From positions 5,833 through 69,832 of the IMG/VR virus record IMGVR_UViG_3300033182_000499: DNA of 64,000 nucleotides. One strand, 5' to 3'. Below the pieces are notes generated by a model. It saw only the letters and a list, made by a program, of their open reading frames with translations, was not told the DNA's origin and searched no databases. Position numbers and translations under genes: made by a program. Shown here in pieces: positions 46,066 through 56,381 of this stretch (within the stretch, counting starts at the first letter, position 1; every line of letters starts with the position of its first letter). The DNA is from a virus.

Positions 46066-47459
46066 TTTTTATTTATATTAAAAAATATCATTACAGGTGG
46101 TTTTTGATTTTCTGTTTTTATGTGTATTTCTAAATGTTGTGTTCCACCATCCATATCAATAACTAACTTTTTACCATTAAATTTTACTTTAAATGGTCTA
46201 TTAGGATTACAATAATAGTCGGGCTCTAGTAAATTAACATCACCTGTTTTTTTATTTACTATCTGAGTATAAACATCACTACCACAGCCGTGAACATCTT
46301 TCCACATTTTAAATAACTTTTCCTGTCCTTCATCTGTTTTTGTGAGCTGAACCATTGAATTTGAAAATAGTTTTAAATACTCTTCTTTAAACTTGGCCTT
46401 TTTCTGTGTTTTTAATGTTTCGTCTGTTTCATTATTGTAATCATATGTTTCACGCAACTCACTTAATTTACCATCAACCGATGAATCACCTAAATACGTA
46501 TTACCAGCAGTTACTACTCCTGAATTTTTCATATTTATTTGTCTCGGATTTGAATAAGCTTTTGATGATATTTTCATAACATTTTTCGTACCATCTTCAG
46601 TCTCATATATTACAATTAAATCAGTTGGATTCACTTTAGGGTCAATCCCTAATTTATTTAAGGCTTTTTTACCAATACCACCCACTTGTTTAGATTGTAG
46701 AATCTTACTACCACTTGGGAGTGCCTGTTTTATTTGGTCTGCAGCTTTTTTATTTGATTCATCTAAACTTTTATCATTACCACCTAACTCTTTTAAAGTT
46801 TCTCTACGACTATTGTATTCACTTATGTTGGTTTCAGATGGGTCTAAATAAGCAACAACACCTGCTTCATTATGTTTACCACTCATATCGGCTAATGCTT
46901 TATCTCTTGAACTACCCCTCATAGGAACTTCAATACCCTCATCGGAAATAATTTCGTTCATAGCAACAGTTATTGCATTACCACTAGTCCCTGTTAAAAA
47001 CTTATAAGGTATATTTGTCTGTGGTGTTAGGTATATTTTTTTACCACCAGCATGACCTTCAATCAAATTGAACTCAGCAAGTGTTCGTACTGCCTCAACT
47101 TGCTGTTCATATGTTTCTGCGTTTAGAAAAAGATTCCAAGATTTATCTAAAATATCATATCTTTCCTTTGTAGTTTGGTCTGCATTTTCTACAAACTGTT
47201 TAGACTCTTCTAATTTCTTTTTACCGTTACGAACTGAAACCTTTGATAGTTTTTTCACTTCTTTTTTCTCACCATCAACGTCTCCTTCATACTCCCCTTT
47301 TTTTACTTTCTGTAAATCCTCTTCACTTGCATCTTTTTTAACAAGTGCTTGGGTTTTTGGGTTATGTGATTTAACCGTATAGATGTTTCCTGAGTCTTTG
47401 TTTTTAACTATATCATCTTCAAATAACAAAGACGTAAATGTTTTATATAAATTGCGCAT
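46062..47459 (-). CDS. Hypothetical protein with a possible PD-(D/E)XK nuclease motif
   Basis: HNEAG...PTDLIVIYE...MKISSKAY; late motif at 47482. Confidence 0.5.
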   Translation of the reverse strand: MRNLYKTFTSLLFEDDIVKNKDSGNIYTVKSHNPKTQALVKKDASEEDLQKVKKGEYEGDVDGEKKEVKKLSKVSVRNGKKKLEESKQFVENADQTTKERYDILDKSWNLFLNAETYEQQVEAVRTLAEFNLIEGHAGGKKIYLTPQTNIPYKFLTGTSGNAITVAMNEIISDEGIEVPMRGSSRDKALADMSGKHNEAGVVAYLDPSETNISEYNSRRETLKELGGNDKSLDESNKKAADQIKQALPSGSKILQSKQVGGIGKKALNKLGIDPKVNPTDLIVIYETEDGTKNVMKISSKAYSNPRQINMKNSGVVTAGNTYLGDSSVDGKLSELRETYDYNNETDETLKTQKKAKFKEEYLKLFSNSMVQLTKTDEGQEKLFKMWKDVHGCGSDVYTQIVNKKTGDVNLLEPDYYCNPNRPFKVKFNGKKLVIDMDGGTQHLEIHIKTENQKPPVMIFFNINKK

Positions 47460-47492
47460 TGTTTGGTAAGTAAAATATAACTATAAATATAC

Positions 47493-48254
47493 TTATACTA
47501 CCTTTTTGTATGAATTAGGTAGATGTAATACTTTGGATAGTTTATCATCGGTTTGCATTCGTTCAAACTTCTGTAATACACTATCTACTATTTGATGTCT
47601 GTGGTTTTCTTGTAGTCTAACTTTTCCTATCAAGTCATCCTCTTCCATACCGTTTAAGAAATACATACCACTATCTTTTGGTTTTCGTAAGTCTATTTGG
47701 TTTAGGTCACCACAAATAACCATTTTGGAATGAATACCTATTCTACTAATAACCATCATCGTTTGTTCCATCGTTAGGTTTTGTGCTTCATCTACAATCA
47801 CAAACGAATTGGTAAAGGTTCTACCTCTCATATAGGTTAGTGGGACAATTTCTACAATACCTGTATTCATTAACTGCTCAAACATCTCCAAACTATTGGT
47901 TGTATGTGGGTTTTGTGATGTGTCTTTGAGAACTGTTTTCATACAACTATGAATTGGAGAAACCCAAGGGTCTAATTTCTCCTCAATACCACCCGGCAAA
48001 AAACCATTATCTTCGGTAGAAACCGTTGGACGTGTAATAACAATATTATCTATCTCCCTGTCTGCAAATTTCTTCAGGGCTGAAAAACAACTGATAAGTG
48101 TTTTACCACTACCAGCTTTTCCACTCACAATCGTAAGTGTTTTATCTTCAATAAGTCTGTTCGTATATCGTTGTTCTTTGTTTAACCTCCCTTCAAATTG
48201 ATGTATTTGGTATTTAAGTTTTTTAAACTTCAACTGAGTTTGCGATGAACCCAT
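47493..48254 (-). CDS. phoH: PhoH-family ATPase
   Basis: GKAGSGKT, ITRP, GFLPG, YMRGRTF, VDEAQN, GDLNQID. Confidence 0.95.
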   Translation of the reverse strand: MGSSQTQLKFKKLKYQIHQFEGRLNKEQRYTNRLIEDKTLTIVSGKAGSGKTLISCFSALKKFADREIDNIVITRPTVSTEDNGFLPGGIEEKLDPWVSPIHSCMKTVLKDTSQNPHTTNSLEMFEQLMNTGIVEIVPLTYMRGRTFTNSFVIVDEAQNLTMEQTMMVISRIGIHSKMVICGDLNQIDLRKPKDSGMYFLNGMEEDDLIGKVRLQENHRHQIVDSVLQKFERMQTDDKLSKVLHLPNSYKKVV

Positions 48255-48293
48255 ACATTCCCTCCTTAGTAAAATAAAAGAACATTAACTTTA

Positions 48294-49580
48294 TTATAAG
48301 TAGGATATATATTCCATATTTTTGTAATCATTACCCTGACTAATTGTCACAGTAAAATTACCCCATTCCAAAACTTTTTTTATCTCTTTAAGTATATTTA
48401 TGTCCTCGTTTGGGTGGTAGTCAATTAGGAATGAGTCGTAGGTGTAGAGTATCAGTTTTGTTTGTTTTCCTGCCAATAACCTATTCAACTGTTTCATCTT
48501 TACATAGTTAATCTCTGTTTCCATACTCTGTAAAAAGTAATTGAATATCTTTTCTTTACCCATACCCTCTGTCAATATTTCACGTTTGAAAACAGGTGTT
48601 ATTATTTTATCTTTACCTTCAAACGATTTAATCAACTCACTTGTCTTTTGGTAGAACGGAATGTTCATCACATCGGTCATATCACCATACAAGTAGTAGA
48701 ATGTGAGTTTCTTACTTTCTTCGTATTCTTCGGGTGTAAGTTGTTGTTTATTAAAGTATTGTTCCCCTAACCATTGGTGTATAGATTTGTCCGTAGGACG
48801 GTCTATCTTTAAGTAATTGGATATAATGGTCGGGTGGAATGCGGAGTAGTCGTAGAGGTAAAATTTACCCCCCTCATAACGAGGTATGTATTTCTCTCGG
48901 GTGTCATCACTCTTATTCATTGCAGCGTAATTGATTCCACCAAATCTATTGGACGGTCTACCTGTGGTCGTGTATGGATTATACTGTGTGTATTCTAATC
49001 CATTGTCTTTATGGTAAATACCATTACTCTCTATCTGTTGTAATGTATGTAGTGTTGATTCATAGTTCTTATATTCTTTACTATCATTAACACCCCATAT
49101 CTCTGTAAGTGTATGTGGTAGTCCATTATCCCACATCCATTTGTTTACCTCGTCAAACAGAATTGAGATTGGTATGAGTGTGTTTATCTTACTAAACTTT
49201 CTCCACTTATTGTAATGTGATTGAAAAAAGTGTGGTTCTGTTATTTCTTTGTGAGAGAAGTAGAACACTAATTGCATATCAAATAAGTTTCCATTGTCAG
49301 GGGTGTGGTTTAGGAAAGACTTTTTATCATAGACAAATAAGTTAGAGTCTTTCATTGTTTCCATCACCTGTGTTATAGTCAACTCATTAACTTGTTCACT
49401 ATGATTGAGTGGAATAATACAACGTGTCCATCCTACATTATCACATACATATAACGCACTCAATTTTTGATTACAGGGATGAACTCGGTTGTCTTCATAG
49501 ATAGGATACAATAGATAATTGTAACCCGATAGGGCGTCTTTTAACTCGTCTGTGGTATCTATTATGTGATTATCTTTCAC
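48294..49580 (-). CDS. Short, divergent family A DNA polymerase-like protein
   Basis: TTTGRPS, motif A YDYSAFHP, motif B KKLTFYYLYG, NYFLQS, motif C YTYDS. Confidence 0.75.
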   Translation of the reverse strand: MKDNHIIDTTDELKDALSGYNYLLYPIYEDNRVHPCNQKLSALYVCDNVGWTRCIIPLNHSEQVNELTITQVMETMKDSNLFVYDKKSFLNHTPDNGNLFDMQLVFYFSHKEITEPHFFQSHYNKWRKFSKINTLIPISILFDEVNKWMWDNGLPHTLTEIWGVNDSKEYKNYESTLHTLQQIESNGIYHKDNGLEYTQYNPYTTTGRPSNRFGGINYAAMNKSDDTREKYIPRYEGGKFYLYDYSAFHPTIISNYLKIDRPTDKSIHQWLGEQYFNKQQLTPEEYEESKKLTFYYLYGDMTDVMNIPFYQKTSELIKSFEGKDKIITPVFKREILTEGMGKEKIFNYFLQSMETEINYVKMKQLNRLLAGKQTKLILYTYDSFLIDYHPNEDINILKEIKKVLEWGNFTVTISQGNDYKNMEYISYL

Positions 49581-49887
49581 CTTGGTATAGTTGAAGAGGA
49601 TTTACTATTAACTTACGGATTCCTTTGATTTGTTGTTCTCCTAAATCAATTTGTCGTTGATTGTTGGTTCTAACAAAATCTTCCGTTCCTCTAATATACC
49701 AAGTTAAAATGACTTTTTCAAAATATGGATTGTTTCGGTATTTGGTATAGTCATTCTTTGTAACTTCTGCAAACTTTCCATCATAACGTTTGACAAAATA
49801 ACGTTTTATTTTATCACCAACAAGTTGATAGTCTATTTGTTGTTCCACTATGGGTGGTAAGGTTTGTCGTGGGATGTTTATACTCAT
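49570..49887 (-). CDS. Hypothetical baseplate-region protein
   Basis: Last gene of the tail operon. Confidence 0.55.
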   Translation of the reverse strand: MSINIPRQTLPPIVEQQIDYQLVGDKIKRYFVKRYDGKFAEVTKNDYTKYRNNPYFEKVILTWYIRGTEDFVRTNNQRQIDLGEQQIKGIRKLIVNPLQLYQGER

Positions 49888-52256
49888 TGTTTATCCCTTA
49901 TTCTAAATCGTGAGTTTATACTTGTAGTCCAACTAGTTGGTGTAAGTGAGTGAACAACATTCATTATACAGAAGTCTCCACGTTTATCATATACATCAGG
50001 TAATCCATCTGTGTTAAAAAAAGTAAGTGGTCTAAATCCACCAAGACCTGGCATCACAATATCAACACTTGATTCTAGTAATGGATTTACTCCTCCTAGT
50101 TTTGGTTTTTCATCTTCATCATTATCATCGTTCTGCACAGGGGTTACTCCCAATTGTTTTAACGCTACTAAATAAGGTTCGTATGTAGACTGTATAGTTG
50201 TTACTTCTTTAGTATTATTTTTAATTTCTAATTCTGCTTGTTCTTTGACTGAACCACCTGTTCTTACTACACCTATCTCGTCTGTTTTGGGTGTTAAATT
50301 ATTTAGTTTGTCTTTTAGTTCAGATAAACTACCATTTAATGATAATAATGGTAAGTTTTTTTCAGGTTTGTTAGAAAATATACGGTCAACAACTTCTTCA
50401 ATTGTTATTGTTGATTCTTTGTCTTTTTGTTCACCCTGTGGGTATTTTATATTGTTCTTTTTTGCTTCCTCTTCTAATTCTTTATTTCTATAATCCCATA
50501 TTTCAATACCGTTTTCGTGTTTTTCAAATAATAGTAAGTTTAATTTTGTACTATTTGTGTTACTATCTGTTTGATTTATTGATTCAAAATAAATTTGGTC
50601 TCCAATAATTCCCTCTAACTTTAAGTCAAATGATATTTCATTGGTGACTGATTGTTTTTGGTTAAACTTAAATGTATACGTTTCTTTTCTAGCTGTTTCG
50701 GTAATGTTTCTACCTGAAAAACTAGCTATCTTTAACCCACTTTCATCTGATATAGGGACTAATTGCCAAATATCTGATGATGCATTTGTAATGTCGGATA
50801 AAATACTTTTTAACGTACTGTTTATATTGTAACGGTTTCCTACATAATTTCTTATCAATTGTTCAACTTCAATGTACACATTAAATACATCACCAATTGT
50901 TGGTTCATCATTCGTATTTATAAAATATGGTTTTACTGTATTAAAATCAACGACATAATCTCCCCTAGTTGTACCACCCTCACGTATTGTTTTACTATTA
51001 ACTTGAATGGTTGATGGGTCTATTAATTCATCTGAGAGTGAGACTGTATTTTTTATGAGAAAGTCTACTTCTTCTTTTGTAAAAATAAATTCACCAAAAT
51101 CTGTTTTTTTTATCAATGAATAGTCAATCGTTTTTCTATTAAACCAAATAATATTTTTATTATTACTAACTATGAATGGATTTATACGAATACGTTGACT
51201 AGTTATGGGTAATTGTTCTGTAAAGTTAAGGGTAATATATTCTATAAACCACCCCAACCTTAAATACTTTTTATTACCTTTATCTGTTGTTATGTTTATA
51301 ACGTTTTGTTTTGGTCTAGTTCCCGTTTCTTGTGGTACAGGGCCTTCTCTAAGAAACCCCGCACTCTGAATACCTCCAATAGTTTCACTCAATTCCGTGT
51401 TTGATATGTAGTTACGTAATTCTTGTTCTTTGTCAATAACACAAACACCTTTATCAATAGTATCATCAGGGGAACCCATACGTGTTTTTGATATAGACCA
51501 CAAATCAATGTTAACGTCAAAACCAAAATCACTATTTAGTTTAAAGTCAAAGTTATGTATTACACCTACAACAAACTCAAAGTTACCTTCATTATCTAAT
51601 ACTTTTTGTTGTTGTTTGTTATAGAATTCTTCTAATGTTACTCGGTCATCATTTTCTTCTATATTCTTAATTTTTAATGAACTAACGAATTCTTTTTTGT
51701 CTGAATAAGAAAACAGTTCCTCGTTCATTGTCGTGTTCTTATCACTATACCCAAACTCAACAAACACCGTGTTGCCAGGGTGTAGTAAGAATGGTGTTAA
51801 AAACTCTAATTGTTCTTTACTATTAACAGTTAATTGTAAATTAGCAGTTGTATAAAATCCAGCACTTTCACCATTTTGTGCGGTAAAACTAGTTAGTCGG
51901 GGTGGTGGTACTTTTCTAGGATTTGGTACATATATTTTACGATTATTTTTTAAATCTTTACCTATCACTTGACGAGTACTATATGTCTCATCAAAGTTAC
52001 CACCAAGTTCTAATACGAAACAATCAACTTGTTTATTTTCTCGTTGTTGAGTTTCTGAAGTTTCTTTGTAGTTGCTTTGTTTGTATAACTTTTCTTCATT
52101 GGTGTATGTAACTTTCTGTAAACACGTCAACCGAACAAACGGAACTCTCCCAATCATCCTATTTTTGTCGGACTCTCGTTTAGTGAGTTCTTGTTTTACT
52201 GACTCATCTATCGGTTCATAATAGAACTGTTGGTCAGGTGAAAGTATGGTAATCAT
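49884..52256 (-). CDS. Putative baseplate hub protein
   Basis: FLLHPGNTVFVEFGY; C-terminal IMNVVHSLTPTSWTTSINSRF as in gp27/VgrG-like hubs; synteny. Confidence 0.65.
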   Translation of the reverse strand: MITILSPDQQFYYEPIDESVKQELTKRESDKNRMIGRVPFVRLTCLQKVTYTNEEKLYKQSNYKETSETQQRENKQVDCFVLELGGNFDETYSTRQVIGKDLKNNRKIYVPNPRKVPPPRLTSFTAQNGESAGFYTTANLQLTVNSKEQLEFLTPFLLHPGNTVFVEFGYSDKNTTMNEELFSYSDKKEFVSSLKIKNIEENDDRVTLEEFYNKQQQKVLDNEGNFEFVVGVIHNFDFKLNSDFGFDVNIDLWSISKTRMGSPDDTIDKGVCVIDKEQELRNYISNTELSETIGGIQSAGFLREGPVPQETGTRPKQNVINITTDKGNKKYLRLGWFIEYITLNFTEQLPITSQRIRINPFIVSNNKNIIWFNRKTIDYSLIKKTDFGEFIFTKEEVDFLIKNTVSLSDELIDPSTIQVNSKTIREGGTTRGDYVVDFNTVKPYFINTNDEPTIGDVFNVYIEVEQLIRNYVGNRYNINSTLKSILSDITNASSDIWQLVPISDESGLKIASFSGRNITETARKETYTFKFNQKQSVTNEISFDLKLEGIIGDQIYFESINQTDSNTNSTKLNLLLFEKHENGIEIWDYRNKELEEEAKKNNIKYPQGEQKDKESTITIEEVVDRIFSNKPEKNLPLLSLNGSLSELKDKLNNLTPKTDEIGVVRTGGSVKEQAELEIKNNTKEVTTIQSTYEPYLVALKQLGVTPVQNDDNDEDEKPKLGGVNPLLESSVDIVMPGLGGFRPLTFFNTDGLPDVYDKRGDFCIMNVVHSLTPTSWTTSINSRFRIRDKQ

Positions 52257-52549
52257 TAGTTAACTTCTTTTACTTTATTATACACAATATTTATGTCACT
52301 TGGTATTCTTAGGTATCTAACCCCTGTGGTGTATAAAGAATCTCCCGGCAGATTGTTGTATGATGCGAGTACCCACCATAGTGTTGAATCTCCAAAGATG
52401 TCGGATGCGAGTACATCTAATCTACTGTAATCATTTACTTCAATAACAGTATCATCTGTTCTTTCTTCAAAGTTAGGTATTACTAAACTTTGATATTGAA
52501 GTTTATTATCGTTTCTTCGTTTGGTATTTGTAAATCTTGTTCTACTCAT
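52256..52549 (-). CDS. LysM-like baseplate protein (gp53/tail X-like)
   Basis: RLDVLASDIFGDSTLWWVLASYN...LRIP. Confidence 0.8.
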   Translation of the reverse strand: MSRTRFTNTKRRNDNKLQYQSLVIPNFEERTDDTVIEVNDYSRLDVLASDIFGDSTLWWVLASYNNLPGDSLYTTGVRYLRIPSDINIVYNKVKEVN

Positions 52550-52551
52550 AA

Positions 52552-53754
52552 TTATGCTATACCTGTATCATTTGCATCAAAGTTGTCTAGTGAATCAGTA
52601 TCACCAAAGAAACTTGGTAAATCGGGTTCTAGTACTGTATCATCAGGTTGTAATGCCTTTGGTCTTAAACTATCAAATCGTCCACTAACTTGATACGCTC
52701 TGTTATTTACATATTGTCCTAATGTTTTTGATTGATATACGGGGTTTTCATCAGTTTCAAGTAAATTACCTTGAACGTTGACAGTTACTATTGATGGTTT
52801 ACTGTCTTGATATACAACATCATCAGCACCTGTTATTGATACGTTAGTCAAGAAAAATGGTTTTTCGTGTATGTAATCAGCAAGACTTAACTTTAATATG
52901 TTAGGTTCAATCATATTGTTGTTAGTATATTTGTGTGGGTAGGCCAAACTTGTCAACGTATTTAGTTTACCATAAATAACATTGATGTCTCGTCTATTGT
53001 GTACTACTACGTCAAATGTAAATGATATATTACGAGTTACTCCTGAATATTGATAATATGGTTCTGCTCTACCAAAGTATTTTTGTTGTGTAAATTCAGG
53101 TGTTATTGTGTCTGCAAGTCCCGTGAAGTTCGCCATTCGGAACACAAGAGCTTTATTATTGTTTGTTATATGAAATACAATCAAATGTCTTTTACCATTA
53201 TCATCTTGTATCATATCTGCAATTTCAGACCTAGTTACTGTTATTTCCTTATTGACTTTATTAAAGTTTTCAGGGTATATCTTTGCCTTTCTATTAGGTC
53301 GTCTAGGATTAAATATACGATTAGCCACTACACCTGCACTTGGTATGGTATTTGCTATTCGTTGACGAGTACTACGGCCTATATTATCAAGTATGTCTTT
53401 TGGTTTAGGAATACCTCCCCCACCTAAAAATGAAAATATCTTTTTAACAATGTTCTTTTTGTTTTCTTCTTTTTGTATATCAGGGGGTGATGGTGGTTTA
53501 GGTACAGTCCAAATATCTACCTGTTGTTGTATTCGTGTTCTTTCGTCCGCAGACTCTGATTTAATTTTAACCCTACCAAGACGTTCCCACGTGTCTATCT
53601 GCGCTTGTATTTCTTGTTTTTCATTATCACTAAGACTGTCATAATTTTCTCTGATATATGTAACTTGTTCATCTAGTGTACCATCACTAATAGAATTTAA
53701 AAACTTGTCTAAGTTTTCTTTATAAATTTGTATTTGATTTTCTAAGTTACTCAT
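52552..53754 (-). CDS. Tail tube initiator / baseplate protein
   Basis: GRAEPYYQYSGVTRNISFTF...KLNTLTSLAYP; follows the tape measure gene. Confidence 0.65.
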   Translation of the reverse strand: MSNLENQIQIYKENLDKFLNSISDGTLDEQVTYIRENYDSLSDNEKQEIQAQIDTWERLGRVKIKSESADERTRIQQQVDIWTVPKPPSPPDIQKEENKKNIVKKIFSFLGGGGIPKPKDILDNIGRSTRQRIANTIPSAGVVANRIFNPRRPNRKAKIYPENFNKVNKEITVTRSEIADMIQDDNGKRHLIVFHITNNNKALVFRMANFTGLADTITPEFTQQKYFGRAEPYYQYSGVTRNISFTFDVVVHNRRDINVIYGKLNTLTSLAYPHKYTNNNMIEPNILKLSLADYIHEKPFFLTNVSITGADDVVYQDSKPSIVTVNVQGNLLETDENPVYQSKTLGQYVNNRAYQVSGRFDSLRPKALQPDDTVLEPDLPSFFGDTDSLDNFDANDTGIA

Positions 53755-55442
53755 TATCGTCCATTATTTACTTGGCCAATGGCCATTCTCGTATTGAGTG
53801 TTTGTCCATCTATCATTACGTTAGTATTTTTTTGTTCAATTAATGTTAGAAGTCTTATCATTTCTTTTTCACGTAAATCTCTTTCGGTTTGACGTGCAGT
53901 CTGTTGGGTTGTATCACCTCGTTTCACAACAGGTATTCCGAACGCATTTGGTTCAATAGTAGTACTACCATCAAATAAATCTCCAATAAAATCAACTGCG
54001 TTAGACAGGCTGTCAACTAATCTCGCAAACCTATCACTTTCCAAAAAGTCTATAACAACATTACCAAACCTGTCTAATGCATCTTGAATACGGGGACTTG
54101 CAAATACTTGGAAGAATGCACCTTGTATTCTACGAGTGATTTGGTCTATTTTACCTAATGCAGTTTCTCGGGTTGCGGAGTCTATCTTTGCTTGTTGACC
54201 CAACTGTCTTCGTAAGTTAATTTCTTTTCTCAACTCTGCTACACTCAACCCCGTAGCTTCTGCAATTGCTTTTCGTTGGAAGAAGTTTAGTTTCTCAAAT
54301 CCGCCAATGGCCTCAACTTGGTCTAGTGTACTATTCAACGCACCCACAATATCACCTTCAAATGCTAACTGTCTAGCTTTTTGTAAGTTTATTTGTTGTC
54401 CGATGATAGCAGACGCCTTGAATTCTGCGGATATACTACTTTGTAACTCAAGTAATCCCTCTGCGAACTTACTTACTTGTCCAATAGACAGTCCTAATTC
54501 ATTGGCTTGTTTAGTTTGTTCAATAAGTGAATTAAGACCTATACCAAAACTACTTGTTACTTCATCATAACTTTGTGCTAAATCTCTTGCTATTCTTGGC
54601 CCTAATCGTAAGTTACTAATGGTACTGTCTACTAATCCTGATGCGGTTTCAAATCCTACATTGTTTAATTCAGAAATTATTTGTGTAAGTTTGGTCGCAA
54701 CACCTGCACCAATTTGTAGTTTTTCACCAACTTGAGCTAAATTACCAATCAGTTTACCCGTCAATGGTACACTCGGTGATATATTATCTATAAAGTCTGA
54801 AGCATATTCTCCTGCCAACTCAACATTACCACCAAGTAATGAAGCGTTTTCAGTTGCGTCTATTAAAGTTTTATTGAATGACCCATCTAGCACACCCGAT
54901 GTTTTTACAAGAGATGCGGTTGCCTTATCTATTGAGTTAGCTACATCAAATAGTTTCTTACCCAATAAGACCACACCACCAATCAAACCACCTACGGCTA
55001 ATCTACTAATACCTATCGCTTTTGTAATACGACCAAAACCTTTAAGTTGTTCACCAATCCCTTTTGTGAATGCTTGGGTAGTACTTATTTGTCCGGCGGC
55101 TTGTTGTCTTGCTATATTTGTTATATTCTCTTTATATACTTCTTGTGCTTTCTGTACTTTATTATTATCAAAGATACGATTTAGTGGAAACTTTTGAGTT
55201 AAACTTACAAACTTATCAAAGGGTTTGGAGAACGTACTAACGTTTCTGTCGGCTTGGTCATATATCTCTTGGAACTCACCTTTTAGATTAGAAACAACCT
55301 CTGTGGCCTTTTCTGCATTCGCACCAAAATATTTCTTAGATGCCATCTGTTCGGCCTTTTCCATTAAACTCTCAATCTCCTGAGATAAGTCAGCAGTAAG
55401 TTTAATGTTTTCTTGTAGTCGTCTTTGTTGTTCGTTAGCCAT
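53754..55442 (-). CDS. Tape measure protein
   Basis: Long Ala/Gly/Leu helical protein; INLQKARQLAFEGD; follows the tube and chaperone genes. Confidence 0.75.
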   Translation of the reverse strand: MANEQQRRLQENIKLTADLSQEIESLMEKAEQMASKKYFGANAEKATEVVSNLKGEFQEIYDQADRNVSTFSKPFDKFVSLTQKFPLNRIFDNNKVQKAQEVYKENITNIARQQAAGQISTTQAFTKGIGEQLKGFGRITKAIGISRLAVGGLIGGVVLLGKKLFDVANSIDKATASLVKTSGVLDGSFNKTLIDATENASLLGGNVELAGEYASDFIDNISPSVPLTGKLIGNLAQVGEKLQIGAGVATKLTQIISELNNVGFETASGLVDSTISNLRLGPRIARDLAQSYDEVTSSFGIGLNSLIEQTKQANELGLSIGQVSKFAEGLLELQSSISAEFKASAIIGQQINLQKARQLAFEGDIVGALNSTLDQVEAIGGFEKLNFFQRKAIAEATGLSVAELRKEINLRRQLGQQAKIDSATRETALGKIDQITRRIQGAFFQVFASPRIQDALDRFGNVVIDFLESDRFARLVDSLSNAVDFIGDLFDGSTTIEPNAFGIPVVKRGDTTQQTARQTERDLREKEMIRLLTLIEQKNTNVMIDGQTLNTRMAIGQVNNGR

Positions 55443-55474
55443 AGTATATCTATTTTATATAAATATCCACCAAC

Positions 55475-55498
55475 AAAAAAACCCACAGGGTTGTGGGT
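55475..55498 (-). terminator. Intrinsic terminator
   Basis: ACCCACA/TGTGGGT stem plus T run. Confidence 0.7.
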
Positions 55499-55685
55499 CT
55501 ATCTATTCTTTTTTAATTGTTGTTCTCGTTCAGACATCATCTTATTGTGTTCCGAAAAAATCATATTACGTTCAGCTATACTCATATCCATAATATCAGA
55601 ATACGTATAACCTTTACTACCTTGTAAAAAGTTAAATATGTTTATTCGTATGTCTATCCTATGCTTTGTAGGAAGGGTAAAAAAA
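55499..55685 (-). CDS. Frameshift extension of the tail assembly chaperone (GT-type)
   Basis: +1 frame opens at the T7 run 55685-55679 and reads TLPTKHRIDIRINIFNFLQGSKGYTYSDIMDMSIAERNMIFSEHNKMMSEREQQLKKNR; stop abuts the terminator. Confidence 0.7.
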
Positions 55686-56366
55686 GTTAATCCCTATTGG
55701 GATTTCTACCTCCTCTCCCCCAATCTCTACACTCAAGTCAATGTCGGGGGTCACTAACTCTAGATACTGTCTAAGTGCTAAACTGTCAATGGCTAATAAA
55801 TCTTCACTAACAAACTTTCTAATTTTACCCTCATCAGTCTCACCATCTAAATTAGCAATAACTTTAGAAAGTGTTAAAGTAAGTTCGTTTGTTGGTAGTC
55901 CTTTTTCTTCTAATACACTAACCTCGTCTGAAATCTCTTTTGACTCTTTAGAATTTAAGACTTTTAGTTTAACTCGTTTATCTGATTTAGATAATTTGTA
56001 ATCAATGTAAGGTGAGTTTTCAAACAAGTCAGGTCGTCCTTTCTCTCCTATTTTAGTCAAGTCAATAGTATGTCTTTTTCCATTTACTTTAATATCATAG
56101 GTTGAACCATAACCTAATACTCTTGTTTGTAGTAATAAGGCTTGTTTGTCACCAACAGAAAGGTCATCTACATTTACACCTTTGGTTACAATAACAGATT
56201 CCAAAAGTTTGTCTAACATAATACCTTTCTGTATGTAAGACTGTGTGGTTAGGATGTCTTCATCCTTTGTAGTCATATAACGTATCTCAACCTCACCACT
56301 AGATAATGGTGAATCCTCGGGGTATAATCTCCCTTGGGATGGTAATGTAACAATTTCAGTAAGCAT
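55659..56366 (-). CDS. Tail assembly chaperone / T4 gp26-like baseplate protein
   Basis: TLPSQGRLYP, MTTKDEDIL, DSLALRQY...PDID...IPIGINFFYP; between tube and tape measure. Confidence 0.75.
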   Translation of the reverse strand: MLTEIVTLPSQGRLYPEDSPLSSGEVEIRYMTTKDEDILTTQSYIQKGIMLDKLLESVIVTKGVNVDDLSVGDKQALLLQTRVLGYGSTYDIKVNGKRHTIDLTKIGEKGRPDLFENSPYIDYKLSKSDKRVKLKVLNSKESKEISDEVSVLEEKGLPTNELTLTLSKVIANLDGETDEGKIRKFVSEDLLAIDSLALRQYLELVTPDIDLSVEIGGEEVEIPIGINFFYPSYKA

Positions 56367-56381
56367 ATAACGTTTTTATTT

